Part shown: positions 37,645 through 50,892 of the stretch, piece after piece | Layout of the letters: each line of letters starts with the position of its first letter | Numbering within the stretch: the first letter of the stretch is position 1 | From: Ginglymostoma cirratum | Taxonomy: Eukaryota | DNA length: 64,000 nt | Direction of reading: 5' to 3' | Assembly (NCBI GenBank): GCA_024137785.1 | Contig: JAHRHZ010000032.1 | Location: forward strand, 124,001-188,000 | Made by a program: the position numbers and the translations under genes | Notes under the pieces: model-generated | Database searches by the model: none | The model's input: the letters and a program-made list of their open reading frames with translations, nothing else | What the model was told of the DNA's origin: nothing

Positions 37645-37983
37645 TTAATTCATAGGATGAAGGGATCATTGGCTAGGCAGCACTTATTGCCCATCCCTTT
37701 AACTGCCCAGAAAGTCAACCACATTGCTGTGGGTCTGGAGTCACATGTAGTCCAGACCAGGTAAGGACGGCAGTTTCCTTCCCTAAAGGACATTAATGAA
37801 CCAGGTGAGTTTTTCTGACAATTGACGATGGATTCTTGATCATCATTAGACTCTTAATTCCAGATTTGTTTTTATTAAATTCAAATTCAAATTCAACCCA
37901 GGATTTGAACCCAGGTCCACAGAACATTACCTGCGTTCCTGGATTAACAATCCAGTGATCGTATTACTGGGCTGTCACCTCCC
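37645..37983 (-). mobile_element. tRNA-derived SINE (family 2)
   Basis: Reverse complement of the 24560-24904 family. Confidence 0.85.
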
Positions 37984-38670
37984 ATAAATATATACATTAT
38001 ATAATTATTAACAAAAATAGAATATGTAGCTATGAGCACATTTCTGGATTGAAGAGTGTTTTTCATTAGATCACCTGAGTGTCTGGGGGGAAGCCAAAAT
38101 AGTAAAAGATAACAATTGATTATTTGTTGTTAACTTGCAAAGGAAATAGCTTTGCAAAAAAGTCCATAAAGCTCTTAAAAAGAGATGATGAGGTAGATTT
38201 AATGGCTGCTAATCGCTGGGAAAACTGTGAAAAAAACCTAAGATCTGTGCTGTATGTTGCCCAGCAACAGTCTTGAGACTGAAGTTGCTGTGTATTTTCA
38301 CAGACCTAGGTATGGGCAGTTGGAGAGGCTTGCAGGGAGAAACCAGAGTGTTCTCTTTGTCTCATTAACAGAAGCAGTAAAACTAACAATGTGAAGTATT
38401 TGTGCAACCTACTGAAGTTTCAATATCAGGGTTCCTAACAGTTTCTGATCTGAATTTGAAATGCAACCTGAGGCTCTTCCATCATTCTGCCACGAACAAC
38501 AATTTGATTTTGTCAACAGGGAATTAAAGGAACTATGAGACATCAACCAATCACATTTTCTCAGTTTGGACCCTTGATCTACAGATGTGTTATTAATTTT
38601 TACCTTTTCTTTCAAATCCTGAAATATCTCTGCAGAGCTGTATTGTCTTATCTTGACTGTGTGAATGGGT

Positions 38671-39014
38671 ATCATAGGATCCCTACAGAGTGTAAGCAGG
38701 CCATTCGGCCCATCAGGTCCACACCAACCCTCTGAAAAGTATCCCACTCAGACTTACCCCCCATGTAACTCTACATTTCCCATGGCTAACTCACTTAACC
38801 TATGCATCGCTAGTCACCGTGGGCAATTTAGCATGGCCAATCCATGTAACCTGCATATCTTTGGAGTGGGAGGAAACTGGAGCACCCAGAGGAAACCCAC
38901 ACAGACACGGGAAGAACGTGCAAACTCCACACAGTCAGCAGCAAGGGAGGAATCAAACCCAGGTCCCTAGCACTGTGAGGCAGCAGTGCTAACCACTGAG
39001 CTATCATGCCACCC
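38671..39014 (-). mobile_element. HE1-like V-SINE
   Basis: Reverse complement of the 16771-17083 family. Confidence 0.9.
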
Positions 39015-41659
39015 TATGTTGGGATTAAGGGAATATACTTTATTTCTGAATTGTTTAAGGAATAAATTTTGCTTATTAATAAATGAGTTCTTATTGGGTC
39101 CACTAAAGAAGCCTGATTGATTTCGTTTTGCTCTGGATGGTAGTACAGAAAGGGAAACAAATTGACCATTTTGGGGTTGAATAAAACATTTATTTTTTGG
39201 TACAGCTTGTGGAAAAGTGGCCCTTGATTATCAGCGCTTTCCTGCCATCAGAGTCATAACTATCCAACCCAGAACCTCCTAATGGTACTATCTAGACCTG
39301 ATGGACTGCAGCAGTTCAAGAAAGCATCTCACCGCCGGCTTCTCAAAAGCTACTTGGAACGGAGGATTAATGTTAGCCTAACTTGTAATGCTCACATCCC
39401 AAGAAAATGTTTAAAAAGATAGATTTAAAATGGCCGTGTCCTCATGTTGAGTAGTCCACGGGGAAACCTCAACCCATCCCTAATCCCATAAGCACTGACC
39501 TCCGCAAATCACCCTGATTTTTAACTCCTGGTGTATCATTTCCAACCTTCTTTTGCATCCAAAAAATTAAATGCAATGTTAACCATCTCCAATTCTAACT
39601 TCTGGTTACTGCCTGAATATTGTGGGAATGTGGAAGATGTAAATGGGAACCATTAGACAAACATATGGAACACCAACTGCAAGTTTGAGTCACCAGAAAA
39701 ATGCAGCAGAGATGGAACTGAATGGGGTTGAACCACTGAAGAGGAGAGAGTGGGTCACCTGAACCTCAGAAAGGGAGGAAATGTGTGGTGGAGTCGACAT
39801 TAAAAAATTATATCAAAATGTGTGTGGGTGATGACTGATGGGAGAGGTTCACTGTGAGCTATGGCCAAATGACAAAGGACTGCTGCAGTATCGGCAATAT
39901 TCAAATTAATAATTTATTTTTAGATCATTTATTCCGATCCTTCCAGCCTGTGACCGTGCTCTCTCCGTCATGTGCTTTTTGGGCCAACTGAGTGAGATGC
40001 AATGTTCGACAAGCATTGCAATTAGGGTGTTCACTTGAAATTTCTTTTATCCACAACTAATCTTTCTTTTCCTCTCTTAAACTGAAGGCAACTCTGAGCA
40101 ATCATCCTCCTGTATGTCACCAAACGACCATTATTCACGCATGGTGACTATTCAACTGCAGAGTCATTACAGCCTTAGTGCAAATAAAACTCACAAGAAC
40201 TGCAGCGCGAGGAGAAAAAATATGTTCATGCATTTGAATTCCAGCTGGAAATCACCAAATATTGCTACGAACATCACCCAATTTTCCTGGCTCTAACCAG
40301 GTGTTTGGAAACTAATTGTAGCATCAGCTGGGAACAGTTAACTCAAATCAGGAATTCACTAGATAAGAGCATTAAAACAGAAATATCTCTCTGTTGTCTG
40401 AATCTGTCCTTAAGTAACGTACTGAAGGATACAGGGTGGTGGTATAATTATTCTTTTCAGAGGTCTCTGAGCTTGTTGAACCACAATAACAACACCTACA
40501 AGAACAGCAGTGCTAAATTTCTGTACATTGCTCCTGATCCCTCACTTTAACTTCAATAGAAATTCTGCCAAAACCTCATCAACAGCCATTTTTCCCACTA
40601 TTTCTCTCGGGAGAGGTCCCCAGATTTCCTGCTGGAGAATTCCTGCGGAAATTCCGAACTTCTGAAGCTTAAGGCTCAGAAATCACAGATCATCCTTTTA
40701 GTCAAAAGATATGAATGAACCAAATTGAATGCATAAGAGAATCAGAAGAAGGAATAGGCCAGATTTTCATAAGACTATATGACACAGAGACTAAACTGGA
40801 TGCATTAATTCTTTGGAACCTATTCTAAGGGAAATTGTTGTTCAGAGAGATTTTTACCTTAGTTTTGTATGACTGAACTTGAGAACATTCCATGCCTGGA
40901 CAGATGATTACTGTCAGTTTTCATCAGATGTACCCCAATTAATAGTTTATGTTTTTTATTCAAAGAAGCAGGCTTAAATTAGCTTCAAATGTAAATGGCT
41001 GTGCTGAGTTTGCTGACATTCGTGTAATGCTGTAGGATATCACTGAACGGCTAGCTCCTGTCTGAGCATTGTTATTATTTCACTAGAGCCAATCTGACCT
41101 TTAGCCTTCTTCCAGATGAGTGTTTGAGTAAGTTCATCCTCGACAGAACCATTTTATTAAAGCAAAGGCTGAATTTCCAAACTTGTAATCCAGTTAGTGT
41201 TGGAATAGGATTGAGCTTCTCTCCTACAGTTTATATCATTAAAATCCCTCCATTACATGAGGTCTGAAAAACTGTCAGATATTTATTGGATGTAGAATCT
41301 TGGCATATATTTATTTTGAATACAGACAATGTAAATATAGGGTAACTGACACTGCACAAATACATATATCTAGTGTTTGTATGGTCAGAGAACAAATGCT
41401 TTCAAAGCTGTTCCGGAAATCTGAACAATGGTCTTTTTTTCAGACACAACCAACCACATCCTTTTACAAAATAAAAGTGTTATTTCTTTGGCTCCTCACT
41501 GCTAGTCTTTTTAATTTGTGGTCCTTTATGTAAACCTGTCCAGTAAAATGTGTGGAAATACAGAGTCAATATGTTTAGCTGATGTTGCTTTCTTCAACAG
41601 ATAGATGATGTTAGGGATAGCTTTCATCTGCTCATGTTTATACTTCGAGTCATACTGCC

Positions 41660-43680
41660 CAGAAAGGGGTCATTTGGTTCACTGCACCTTTGGAACTGCT
41701 GTCCAATTAATCCCATTTAGTTGCCCTTTCCCTGCAGCTCTGCAAATTCCTCCCCTTTACATAGTAATTCAGTTTCTTTTTGAAAATACTAGTGAATCTA
41801 CTCCCACCACCCTTTGGAGGCAGGGCTTTCCAGATCACAATAAACTATTAAAAAGTCTTTGCAATCTTCCATCTGGTTCGTGTGGCAAAAGCCTTCAATT
41901 TGTGACCTTTGGTTACCAACATTCCTGCCTGTGCAAACAATTTCTCTGAATGTATTCTACCAAGACTCCTCAACATTTTGAACACTTTTATTAAGTTTCT
42001 TCCTAGCCTTCTCTGTTCCATGCAGGACAATCCCAACTTCTGTCATTTTTCCACATAACTTTAGTTCTTCATCTCTGGGAGAATTCTAATAAATCTCCTC
42101 TGCATCTTTCCAAAGGCCTTAGCATTCTTCACTAAGTGTAGTGCCTAGAATTGGATACTATTCTATCTGAGGACACTAAAACACAGAAACTAGGTACAGG
42201 AGTAGGCTATTCGGCCCTTCAAGCCTGCTCCACTATGTGATCACTGATTGTTCTTCCATCTCAATGCCATGTTCCCTCTTTCTCCCCTAAACTTCAATGC
42301 CTTTAGAATAAAAAACAAATCTCTCTTTCTCAAATATATTCAGTGTTTTGCCTTTGCAGTTTTCTATGATAGCGAATGCCATACCTTTTGAGTAAAGAAT
42401 TCTTTCCTCATCTTAGTCCTAAATGGTCAACCCATATCCTGAGACGACGTACTCATGTTGTAGACTCCCCAAACAAGGAAATCATCTTCACCACATCTAG
42501 TCGGGCCAGTCCTCTCACCCTTCCAAACTCTAGTGAATACAGGCCCAGTCGAACCAAGTTTTCCTCATAGGACAGTAATGATATCCTGGTATCAGTTTAG
42601 TGAACTTCTGCTGCAGTCCCTCTATGGCAAGTACATCCTGCCAAGTTTCTGCCCTCTGCTTACCTTTTTCTCCAGTCTACCTACATCCTTCTGAAATCTG
42701 TTTACTACAATTTTTAGCTTTGTGTCATCTGAAGGTTTGATCAAATTATGTGCAGCTTGCCCAGCTGGACAAGTTAACCCATGTGGAAAAGGGTGGCAGT
42801 CCCAACACCAACCCATGCAGGATATGACAGTATCCCTTCAGTCTGAAAAGTATTGTTTATTCACTACTGACTATTTTGTGATGCTTAAATAAGTTTCCTC
42901 TCATACTGTTATTACTACTTTAATTACATGGACGATAATGTTTCTAACAACTTTATAATGCGGGTATCAAAGTTTCTGAAAGACCAGATATACAACATCA
43001 AGTGCACTTTCCTCACCAGACCTTTACATTACTTCATCATAGAGCTCAATCTTGCTTGTCAAAAACAATTTACCCCTTCAAAAGATCCATGTTAGCTGTC
43101 ATTTATAAAATCATGACTTTTTAAGTAATAATGAATTTTATTCCATACTACTTTTGTGATAGTTTCTCCACAATTGAAGGGTGGCACGGTGGCACAGTGG
43201 TTAGCACTGCAGCCTCACAGCACCAGGGACCCGGGTTTGGTTCCACCCTCAGGCGACTGTCTGTGTGGAGCTTGCACATTCTCCCTGTGTCTGTGTGGGT
43301 CCCCTCTGGCTGCTCCGGTTTCCTCCCACAGTCCAAAGATGTGCATGGTAGGTGGATTAGCCATGCTAAATTGCCTGTAGTGTTCAGGGATATAGAGCTG
43401 AAGTGGGTTATAGGGAGGATGGGTCAGTATGGACTTGTTGGGCCAATGGGCCTATTTCCACACTGTAGGGATCCTATGATTATACACAACTGATGTAAGG
43501 TTAGTTAGTCTGTGCTCTGAGTTTATTTCTGTTTTTGATTTGCAGGGTGCAACATTTGCAAGTCTTCCTCAGTCCTCTGGCACCACTCCTCCATTGAAGC
43601 AGGGATTGTAGCTACACCCTACACAATTTCTGACCTTAACTCCTTCAGTAACCTAAGATGCATCACATCTGGACAAAAGG
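41660..43680 (-). mobile_element. Cluster of nested degenerate CR1 fragments
   Basis: ORF 41848-42036 (EQRRLGRNLIKVFKML) and decayed RT motifs (SDDTKL). Confidence 0.7.
43178..43484 (+). mobile_element. HE1-like V-SINE
   Basis: Head and V-core as above. Probable target-site duplication (TSD) CACAA(T/C)TGA at 43169-43177 and 43485-43493. Confidence 0.9.
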
Positions 43681-44399
43681 ACACCAATTTAACATTATTT
43701 GCAAAAGAAGTAAATGCAATATGACAGAGAAAAAAACTTCACACAACACAGTAGTCAGGGCCTGGAATGCATTGCCTGGAAGAACGATGGAAGCAGATTC
43801 AATCAAAGCATTTTAGGCAGCTTTGGTGATTATTTGAATAGAAACAATGTATTTGGTTATGGAGAAAAGGCAGGAGAATGGAATCAAGTCATAACGGTTA
43901 TTTGCAAACCAATGCAGACTATTGGCCCCCTCCTGCACTGTAACAATTTTGTGATTCTCAGTTGAAAGCTCTCTGGCCTCCAAGCCATACAAGCTGGATT
44001 TTCAAAGCAAGCTCGGAAACCTGGCACTTAGAGAGTAATTGCAGATCCCAATCTTCCACCTGACGCGTGGCTCTTATCCTGTCGTTTTTTTTAAAAATAT
44101 AAATGAGATGATTGAACGGAAGAGCTTGACACACAATTACTAACTTTAAGTGCCAGTCAGCTGAAAAACAAGTAGTAGCTTTGTGAGGAGCTGTTGCTAC
44201 CTTTCTGGGGAGAGAATGCAGCTCATGAAAAGATTTGGAGAATAAGGATGCCACAAAGTAGCCATGATGCTGAGTCAAGGTACAACACATTACTCAGCAC
44301 TAGGTAACCCTCCAAATTACACAAAAAGCACAGATGGAAATAAGCTTCCCTTTATCCTGCAGCAGCCCCAAAAGCAGGAGGTGCTAATTTGAAGAAAAG

Positions 44400-44617
44400 C
44401 AAGGAACTTAGACTTAGCTAATATTTATTCCTCAATGTACATCAGAAAAAAACAGCTAACTTGATCATTCTTACACTGCAGTTTATGGAAGCATGCAGTA
44501 TGTAAATTGATTCCTGCATTATGATGGTGATTATACTTCAAAAGTACTTCATTAGTTGTAAAACACTTTGGGGTATCCTCTGGTCATGAAAGGTGCTATG
44601 TAAAGTATCTTTCTTTC
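44400..44617 (+). mobile_element. Deu-SINE-like 3' fragment
   Basis: AATATTTATTCCTCAA...ACTTCAAAAGTACTTCATT...GAAAGGTGCTATGTAAA tail. Confidence 0.6.
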
Positions 44618-45610
44618 CCTTTTATTCTATCCACAAATCTACGCTTTCTGTATTCTTCTTGATTCTCTACTTTATAATGCATCTGATATTTATCATCAGC
44701 ATTGTTTTCCTGTTTCATTTTAATTTCCTAATTGTACATTGTTCAAGGTACTTCCTTAACCCCTCATAGGAATGTATCTAATTTGAGCACAAGTGATCAT
44801 CTCTTTGAAGATCTCTCAAAGTTCCGTTACTGTTTCATCAGCAACTCTGCATTGAGTCCCTTTACAGTTCACTGAAACTAAACCTCCACCAGTTTAGCAT
44901 CTCCCCAAAACAGTGGATTTTTTTTTGTTCTGCCACACAATTTTCACTGGTTATAGTTATTGCTAACAATAATCCTAATATTTTCAAATTGTTGTTTCTC
45001 AGTCATAATTGAGCATACTGCTGATCATTCAAATGATCTTATTTGTTTATCCTGGTCAGAAGACAATATCCTGAAGACATTGGAAAAGTTATGGCAAAGA
45101 GCTCAAAATTTATGGTTTGAATTCCACTTTTTGACAAGGTGGCATTAAAAGCATTAGGAAAATGAGGCAAAAGGTCCTTCAGTCATTTTTCTACACCAAC
45201 CTTGATTGCTCTAACTTTACTGCCACCAGGACCAATGGGGCACTGCACCCAGACTAATCTATTTTCATTCTGCTCACCTCTATTACAGAATCTCAGAATG
45301 ATTACAGTGCAAGAGGATGTGGCGCATTGTGCCCGCACCAGTTCTATTACCCGGTGCCAATCCCTTGCCTTTTCCCCATATCCGTGTATGTCATTTCCAT
45401 CCTAATAATCGTCCAATGCTCTTCTGAATGTCCCAACTGAACCTATCTCCATTACTTCCAGACAGTGCATTCTACACCCTAACTATACACTGTGCGAAAA
45501 AGTTTTTTCTCATCACCCTTGCTTCATTCACACATCACTTTAAATGTATGCCCTCTAATTTTTTTTTTCTGAGCTTGTTGACTTACTTGCCGAACTGACT
45601 TGTTTTTGTT

Positions 45611-45649
45611 CAGACGTTTCATCACCATGCTAGGTAACATCATCAGTGG
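45611..45649 (-). ncRNA. Minimal hammerhead ribozyme, intact core, sense to CD247 pre-mRNA
   Basis: Minus strand cca-CTGATGA-t-gttacc-tagcat-ggtgat-GAAAC-GTC-tg. Confidence 0.8.
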
Positions 45650-46100
45650 AGCCTCCGATGAAGCGATGTTATTCTACTCCACTCGGAATTTATACTGTCT
45701 GGCCTGTTATAGTGAGTTGTGTCATTTCCGGTTTTGATCTGTATGCTTTTGTATATAGGGCCCAATTCTATATGTTTGTTGATTCCATTACTGGTGGAGA
45801 ACCATACCTCTAGGAATTCCTGCGCATGTCTATGTTTGGGCTATGACAGTTATGTTGTCCCAGTTAAACTGATGGTCTTTAACTGGGCTATGTAACTATA
45901 ATAGCCCAAGCCAAACATAGACACGCACAGGAATTCCTAGAGGCATGGTTCTCCACACATAATGCAATCAACAAACATAGAGAATTGGACCCCATATACA
46001 AACCCAAACAGAACAAAACCGGAAATGACACTACTCACCATAACGGACCAGACAATATAAATTCCAAGTGGAGTAGAATAACATCGCTTCATCGGAGGCT

Positions 46101-46139
46101 CCACTGATGATATTACCTAGCATGGGGACGAAACGTCTG
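46101..46139 (+). ncRNA. Minimal hammerhead ribozyme, intact core, weakened stem II
   Basis: cca-CTGATGA-t-attacc-tagcat-ggggac-GAAAC-GTC-tg. Confidence 0.7.
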
Positions 46140-48409
46140 AACGAAACAAGCCAGCTCGGTGAGCAAGTCAACAACCTCACCCGCAACCCAAGCGACAATT
46201 CTTTGCTAAAACTTTAAATTCTTTTATCATTGATGACCAGGGACAGCTTCTCCCTATCCACTCTATACAGACTCCTCATGATTTGGAAAGTCGCTATCAA
46301 ATCTCCCTTCAGCCTTCTTCCCTCTAAAGAGAACAGTCCCAACTTCTTCAATTCATCCTCATAACTGAAGTTTCCTATTCCTGCAACCATTATTGGAAAT
46401 CACTTGCTCACTCTTTCCAATATATTCACATCCTTCCCATATTGTGGGCCCCACAACTGTACACAACACTCCAGCTGATGTCTAACAAGTGTCTTGTAAG
46501 AATTCAACATCACATCCTTACTCTTGTACTCTATGCCACTATTAATAAAACTGCCAACACTGTATGCTTTATGCACTGCTCTCTCCACCTACCCTTCTAC
46601 CTTCATTGATCTGTGCAAATATATACCCAGGTTTCTCTGCTCCTATTTTGTCTTTCAATGGTCTTCTTACCAAAGTGCATCACCTCAGACTTCTCTGCAT
46701 TGAACCTCAGCTGCCACCTCTCCACTTACTCCGCCAACTTATAGAGTTCTGGAATTATACAGCATGGAGGCAGACCCTTCGGTCTAACTCATCATGACAA
46801 TGAGATATCGTCAACTGATCTAGTCCCATTTGCCAGCACTTGGCCCACATCCCTCTAAACCCTTCCTATTCATATACCCATCCAGATGGCTTTTAAATTT
46901 TGTAATTGTACAGGACTCCACCACTTCCTCTGGCAGCTCATTGCATACACACACCACCCTCTGCATGAAAAAGTTGTCCATCAGATCCCCTTTAAATCAC
47001 TTTAAACCTATGCCCTCTAGTTTTGAACCACTCCACCCTGGGAAAAAGACCTTGCCTATTCACCCTACCCATGCCCCTCATGATTTTATAAACTTCTATA
47101 ATGTCACTCCTCAGTTTCCAATGCTCCAGGAAAAAAAATCCCAGCCTATTCAGCCTCTTTCCTTTAGTTCAAACCCTCCAAACCTGGCCACATCCTTGTA
47201 AGTTTTTTTCTGAACCCTTTCAAGTTTAACAACATCTTTCCTATGGTAGAGAGACCAGAACTAATTACAGTATTCCAAAACTGGCCTCAGCAATGTCCTG
47301 TACAGCTGCAACTTGACGTCCCAATTCCTATACTCAATGCACTGACCAATGAAGGCAAATGTCTTCTTCACTACCTTATCTACCTGCAACCTTACTTTCA
47401 AGGAACTATACATCTGCATCCCTAGGTCTCTTCATTCAGCAACCCTCCCCCCAGAGCCTTACCACTAACTGGATAAATCCTGCCCTGGTTTGCCTTACCA
47501 AAATGCAACACTTCACATTTATCTAAATTAAACTCCATCTGCCATTTCTCAGCCCGTTTGATCAAGGTTCCATTGTATTCTTTAACGTCATTTGGAGCTC
47601 CACACTGTCCTCCTCACATTTACAATTTTTTCAGGTTTAGTGTCATCTACAAACTTTGAAAGTGTCCCTTACAAACAAATGTCCAAACTATTCCTATATA
47701 TCAGGAAAAGCAAGGGTCCCACTACTGACACCTGGAAAATTCGACTCCAATCTTCCTCCAGCCCAGAAGATATCCATTGACCAATACTCTCTGTGTCCTA
47801 TCATTCAGCCAATTTTGTATCCAAGTTGCAACTGACCCTTTTATTCCATGACCTACCACTACCCTCATATGTCTGTTGCTTGGCAGTGTATTAAATGCCT
47901 TCTGGAAATTCATATTTAAAACATTAACAAAGTTACCCTCATCAACGTTTTCTGTTACTTCTTCAAAAAACTCCAGAAAGTTCATCAAACATGATTTTCC
48001 CTTTAAACATCCACGCTGACTATTCTGAGTCAACTCATCTTTACCTTAATGAAAATGTTTTTTGATCTTGATGAAAATGTTTTCCCCTGATTTTTCCGTG
48101 ATTTCTATCCCAGAAAGGTAGTAGTGAGTCTAGTTATCAACAGAAACGGCCCAAATTTATTACAGAGAGAACTTGTTTAGTATCTTCTATAGCATTATTT
48201 GCATCTATTTACCTCAGTTTTCATTTACTCGTCCATTTGGATAGCAGCCAAGAGTGTGTACCCACTCCCTTCTATCTTAAGCAGCCATCCTGCCAATTTA
48301 CGTACCAAAACATTTATGACTGCTTGATTTTCCATCATCACTGTAGTAGTTGTCCTTTTCCAAAAATAATTTCCCAAATTATCTGTTCGTAAACATTTAT
48401 TTTCCTCTC

Positions 48410-48553
48410 AACTTCCCAGTTCTGAGGAAGGGTCACCGGACCCGAAACATTAACTCTGTTTTTGCCTTCACAGATGCTGCCAGACTTGCTGAGCTTTTCC
48501 AGCAACTTTGTTTTTGTTCCTGATTTACAGCATCTGCAGTTCTTTTGGTTTTT
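48410..48553 (+). mobile_element. 144-bp hammerhead-headed PLE mini-element
   Basis: agtt-CTGAGGA-a-gggtc-accg-gaccc-GAAAC-att-aact plus a PLE tail. 15-bp TSD ATTTATTTTC(C/T)TCTC at 48395-48409 and 48554-48568. Confidence 0.85.
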
Positions 48554-49229
48554 ATTTATTTTCTTCTCTAGGTTTACAGCTCTAAATGATGGAGTGAGCT
48601 GTTAATGTCCTTCCAATAAATGGAGTAATTCTAGGAAACATTTCTGAACTAGAAATTAAAGTGGGAAAGGCAATCACTCCAAAACTGGTGCCTTGCAAGA
48701 TCGGTATTTCATATGATATGCATTGCTGTGTCTACTCATTACAATTACGTAACAAATAATATGCTTAATTTTTCAGATTTAATAATACAGAACTGAAATC
48801 AGATACAATAATGCTTGAAAAGCAAACGTTCTTGATTTATTTAAATATAGATGAATTTTCCCAAGAATCATGTACATATCCACTTTACAAAGGTCCCAGT
48901 AGATCTAGAAACTGTTAGGTAACTTGGACAATTTCTCATTCTTAGCATTTAAGAAGGAGTAACAGACTCAAATGGAGTGTTCAGCAGGAATAGAATTATA
49001 ATAGTGTCGCCCTGTATGCCTGAACTCTATCTCCTTAAAGCACAGCTCAACATGGGGGTCATGAGTTCATTGAATTTACCCTGTACTTTGTAAAAACAGA
49101 AGGTGGATTGAATAGAACAGTACAGTCTACTAACATCATCTTCGAGAAGTGTATCTTTCTTATCAATTTGGCAGACAGATATTTTGGTGCAAAATTATTT
49201 AAGCACCTGATAATTGGATCTCCAAAATA

Positions 49230-50520
49230 GTTTCCCTTTGTGTGCTTCAAAAGCAACTAAGTTGACAAGATATAAATTATTCAAAACCTGAATGAATCAT
49301 AATTTTAAAAGATTCTTGAGAGGGATTCGAGATCAAAAGAGATCCTACAGAAATGAATTCTGTGGCCCTCCTTTAGACTATGTGCATGAAAGTATCGGAA
49401 TGGAAGATTTATTTAGGTCATTAATGTCACTTCTCCTTCTGGATACTTTAAATAAGGTCATGCAAATCCTATGGGATCACAAAAATTTTGTGACATTTAT
49501 TAAAGGTTTGATTGAGATAATTGTTGAAGCAATAGAGGGTGAAAGGTAATATGGTTGATGTTGTGCACTTAAACTTTTAAAAGCTATTTGATAATCTACA
49601 ACATACAAACTTGGCAGTAAAATTAATGCTGTTGGGATTTTAAGGACGATAGATTGTCAATAAAAGTAGTGGGGACCTGCTGTTTTCAGACTAGATGAAC
49701 GTGTTCAGTGGAATTGCTCTGCTGAGGGTCAGCAGCACTCTTTAAAGAGATTCAGACACTTACAGTACATTTGGAGGCTAATCGGCTCATTGTGTCTAGG
49801 CCGACTGACAAAGATCTGACCAAGCCAATCCCATTTTTCAGCTTTTGGCCCATAACAGTGGAGGATGTGGCAATGTAAGTAAATAACAAAATCCTGCTTA
49901 AACATTACAAGAGTTTCTGGCTCAACCACACTTTCAAATAGTGAGTTCCAAACTCCCACCACTCCCCGAGTGGAAAAAAACATCTCCCTAAGTCTCTCCA
50001 GAGCTGTCTACATTTTGCGTTATAACTACGACCCCCCCCCAATTATTGACCCCTTTACTAATGCAACAAGTGCTTTCCTATCCACTCTATCTATGCCCTT
50101 CATAATCTTATTCACCTCTATCAGATTACCTCTCAAGGAACTGCTCCAAAGAAAACAAATCCAATCTATCAAATCTTTCCTCAGAGCTCAGACCTTCTGG
50201 CCTAGACAGCATCCTGGTAAATCTGCTCTGCACTCTCTCTAGTACAATCCCATCCTTCCTATAAATGCAATGACTAGAACTGTACACAGTACTCCATACA
50301 GTTTCAGATAACCTCCTTGTTCTTCTATTCTATATCGCAGCAAATAAAAGCAAGTATTCCACATGCATTTTTAGCCATCTTACCTACGTGCCCTGCCACC
50401 TTCAGGGGTACGTGGATATGCATACCAATGTCCCTGTGATCTTCAATACTTTCCAGGGTCCTACTATTCATAGTGTAATCCCTTGTCTTGCTAGCCTTCC
50501 CCAAATGCATGATCTCTCAC
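49230..50520. mobile_element. Degenerate CR1 fragments (+ 49230-49740; - 49750-50520)
   Basis: ORFs 49729-49983 and 50325-50510 are CR1 C-terminal fragments. Confidence 0.75.
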
Positions 50521-50892
50521 TTTTCCATAACTATACTAATGGCTTGTATATGCATGGTCAATAACACCAAATGCAGAACATATGTCATGAGGAAGTGTTA
50601 TAACTGTGATGGGAGCAATGTGCTGCTAATTCAAGCCGATTGCACCCTTTGTTGAATGATTCAATTACCAAAATGGCTAGTTGCTTCTCTTTAATACTAT
50701 AATCAAAAATAAAAGAAACATACACCAGGCTTCTTGAATGAACTCAAAATAATCTGCTTCTTGTGAACAAAACTTATTCTTAAAGCAAGTGACAAACTTT
50801 GGTTAACACCGATCCAGAACTAAACTATAATCCCCTTCATCGCACACACAGACACTCACACCACTCAGAGACAAGTCTCTGCAGAGATGATG

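Larger units (their letters stand above)
45570..46200. mobile_element. Fold-back (inverted) Penelope-like element, second PLE family
   Basis: ~300-bp inverted arms around a loop at 45869-45877. The right arm encodes AQEFLEAWFSTHNAINKHRELDPIY (PLE endonuclease C-terminus). There is a hammerhead in each arm. Confidence 0.9.
45285..48040 (-). mobile_element. CR1 fragment interrupted by a Penelope palindrome (45570-46200) and a second CR1 (~46740-47580)
   Basis: ORFs 46400-46588 and 47722-48033 carry CR1 RT motifs. Confidence 0.8.

Noticed and set aside
38025-39260. Possible solo LTR (also ~59500-60000)
   Set aside because: Only a vague TG..CA/AATAAA resemblance, with no second copy, primer-binding site, polypurine tract or TSD.
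40195-40229. Minus-strand ATG..MNIFFLLALQF followed by gtgagt, as candidate CD247 exon 1
   Set aside because: It ends in phase 2 while exon 2 needs phase 1, so joining gives an immediate stop. It is also too short for a signal peptide.
16777-43493. Recurrent MAQWLALLPHS / MVSTAASQHQG ORFs
   Set aside because: They are translations of HE1-like SINE copies; the tRNA-like heads are SINE promoters, not tRNA genes.
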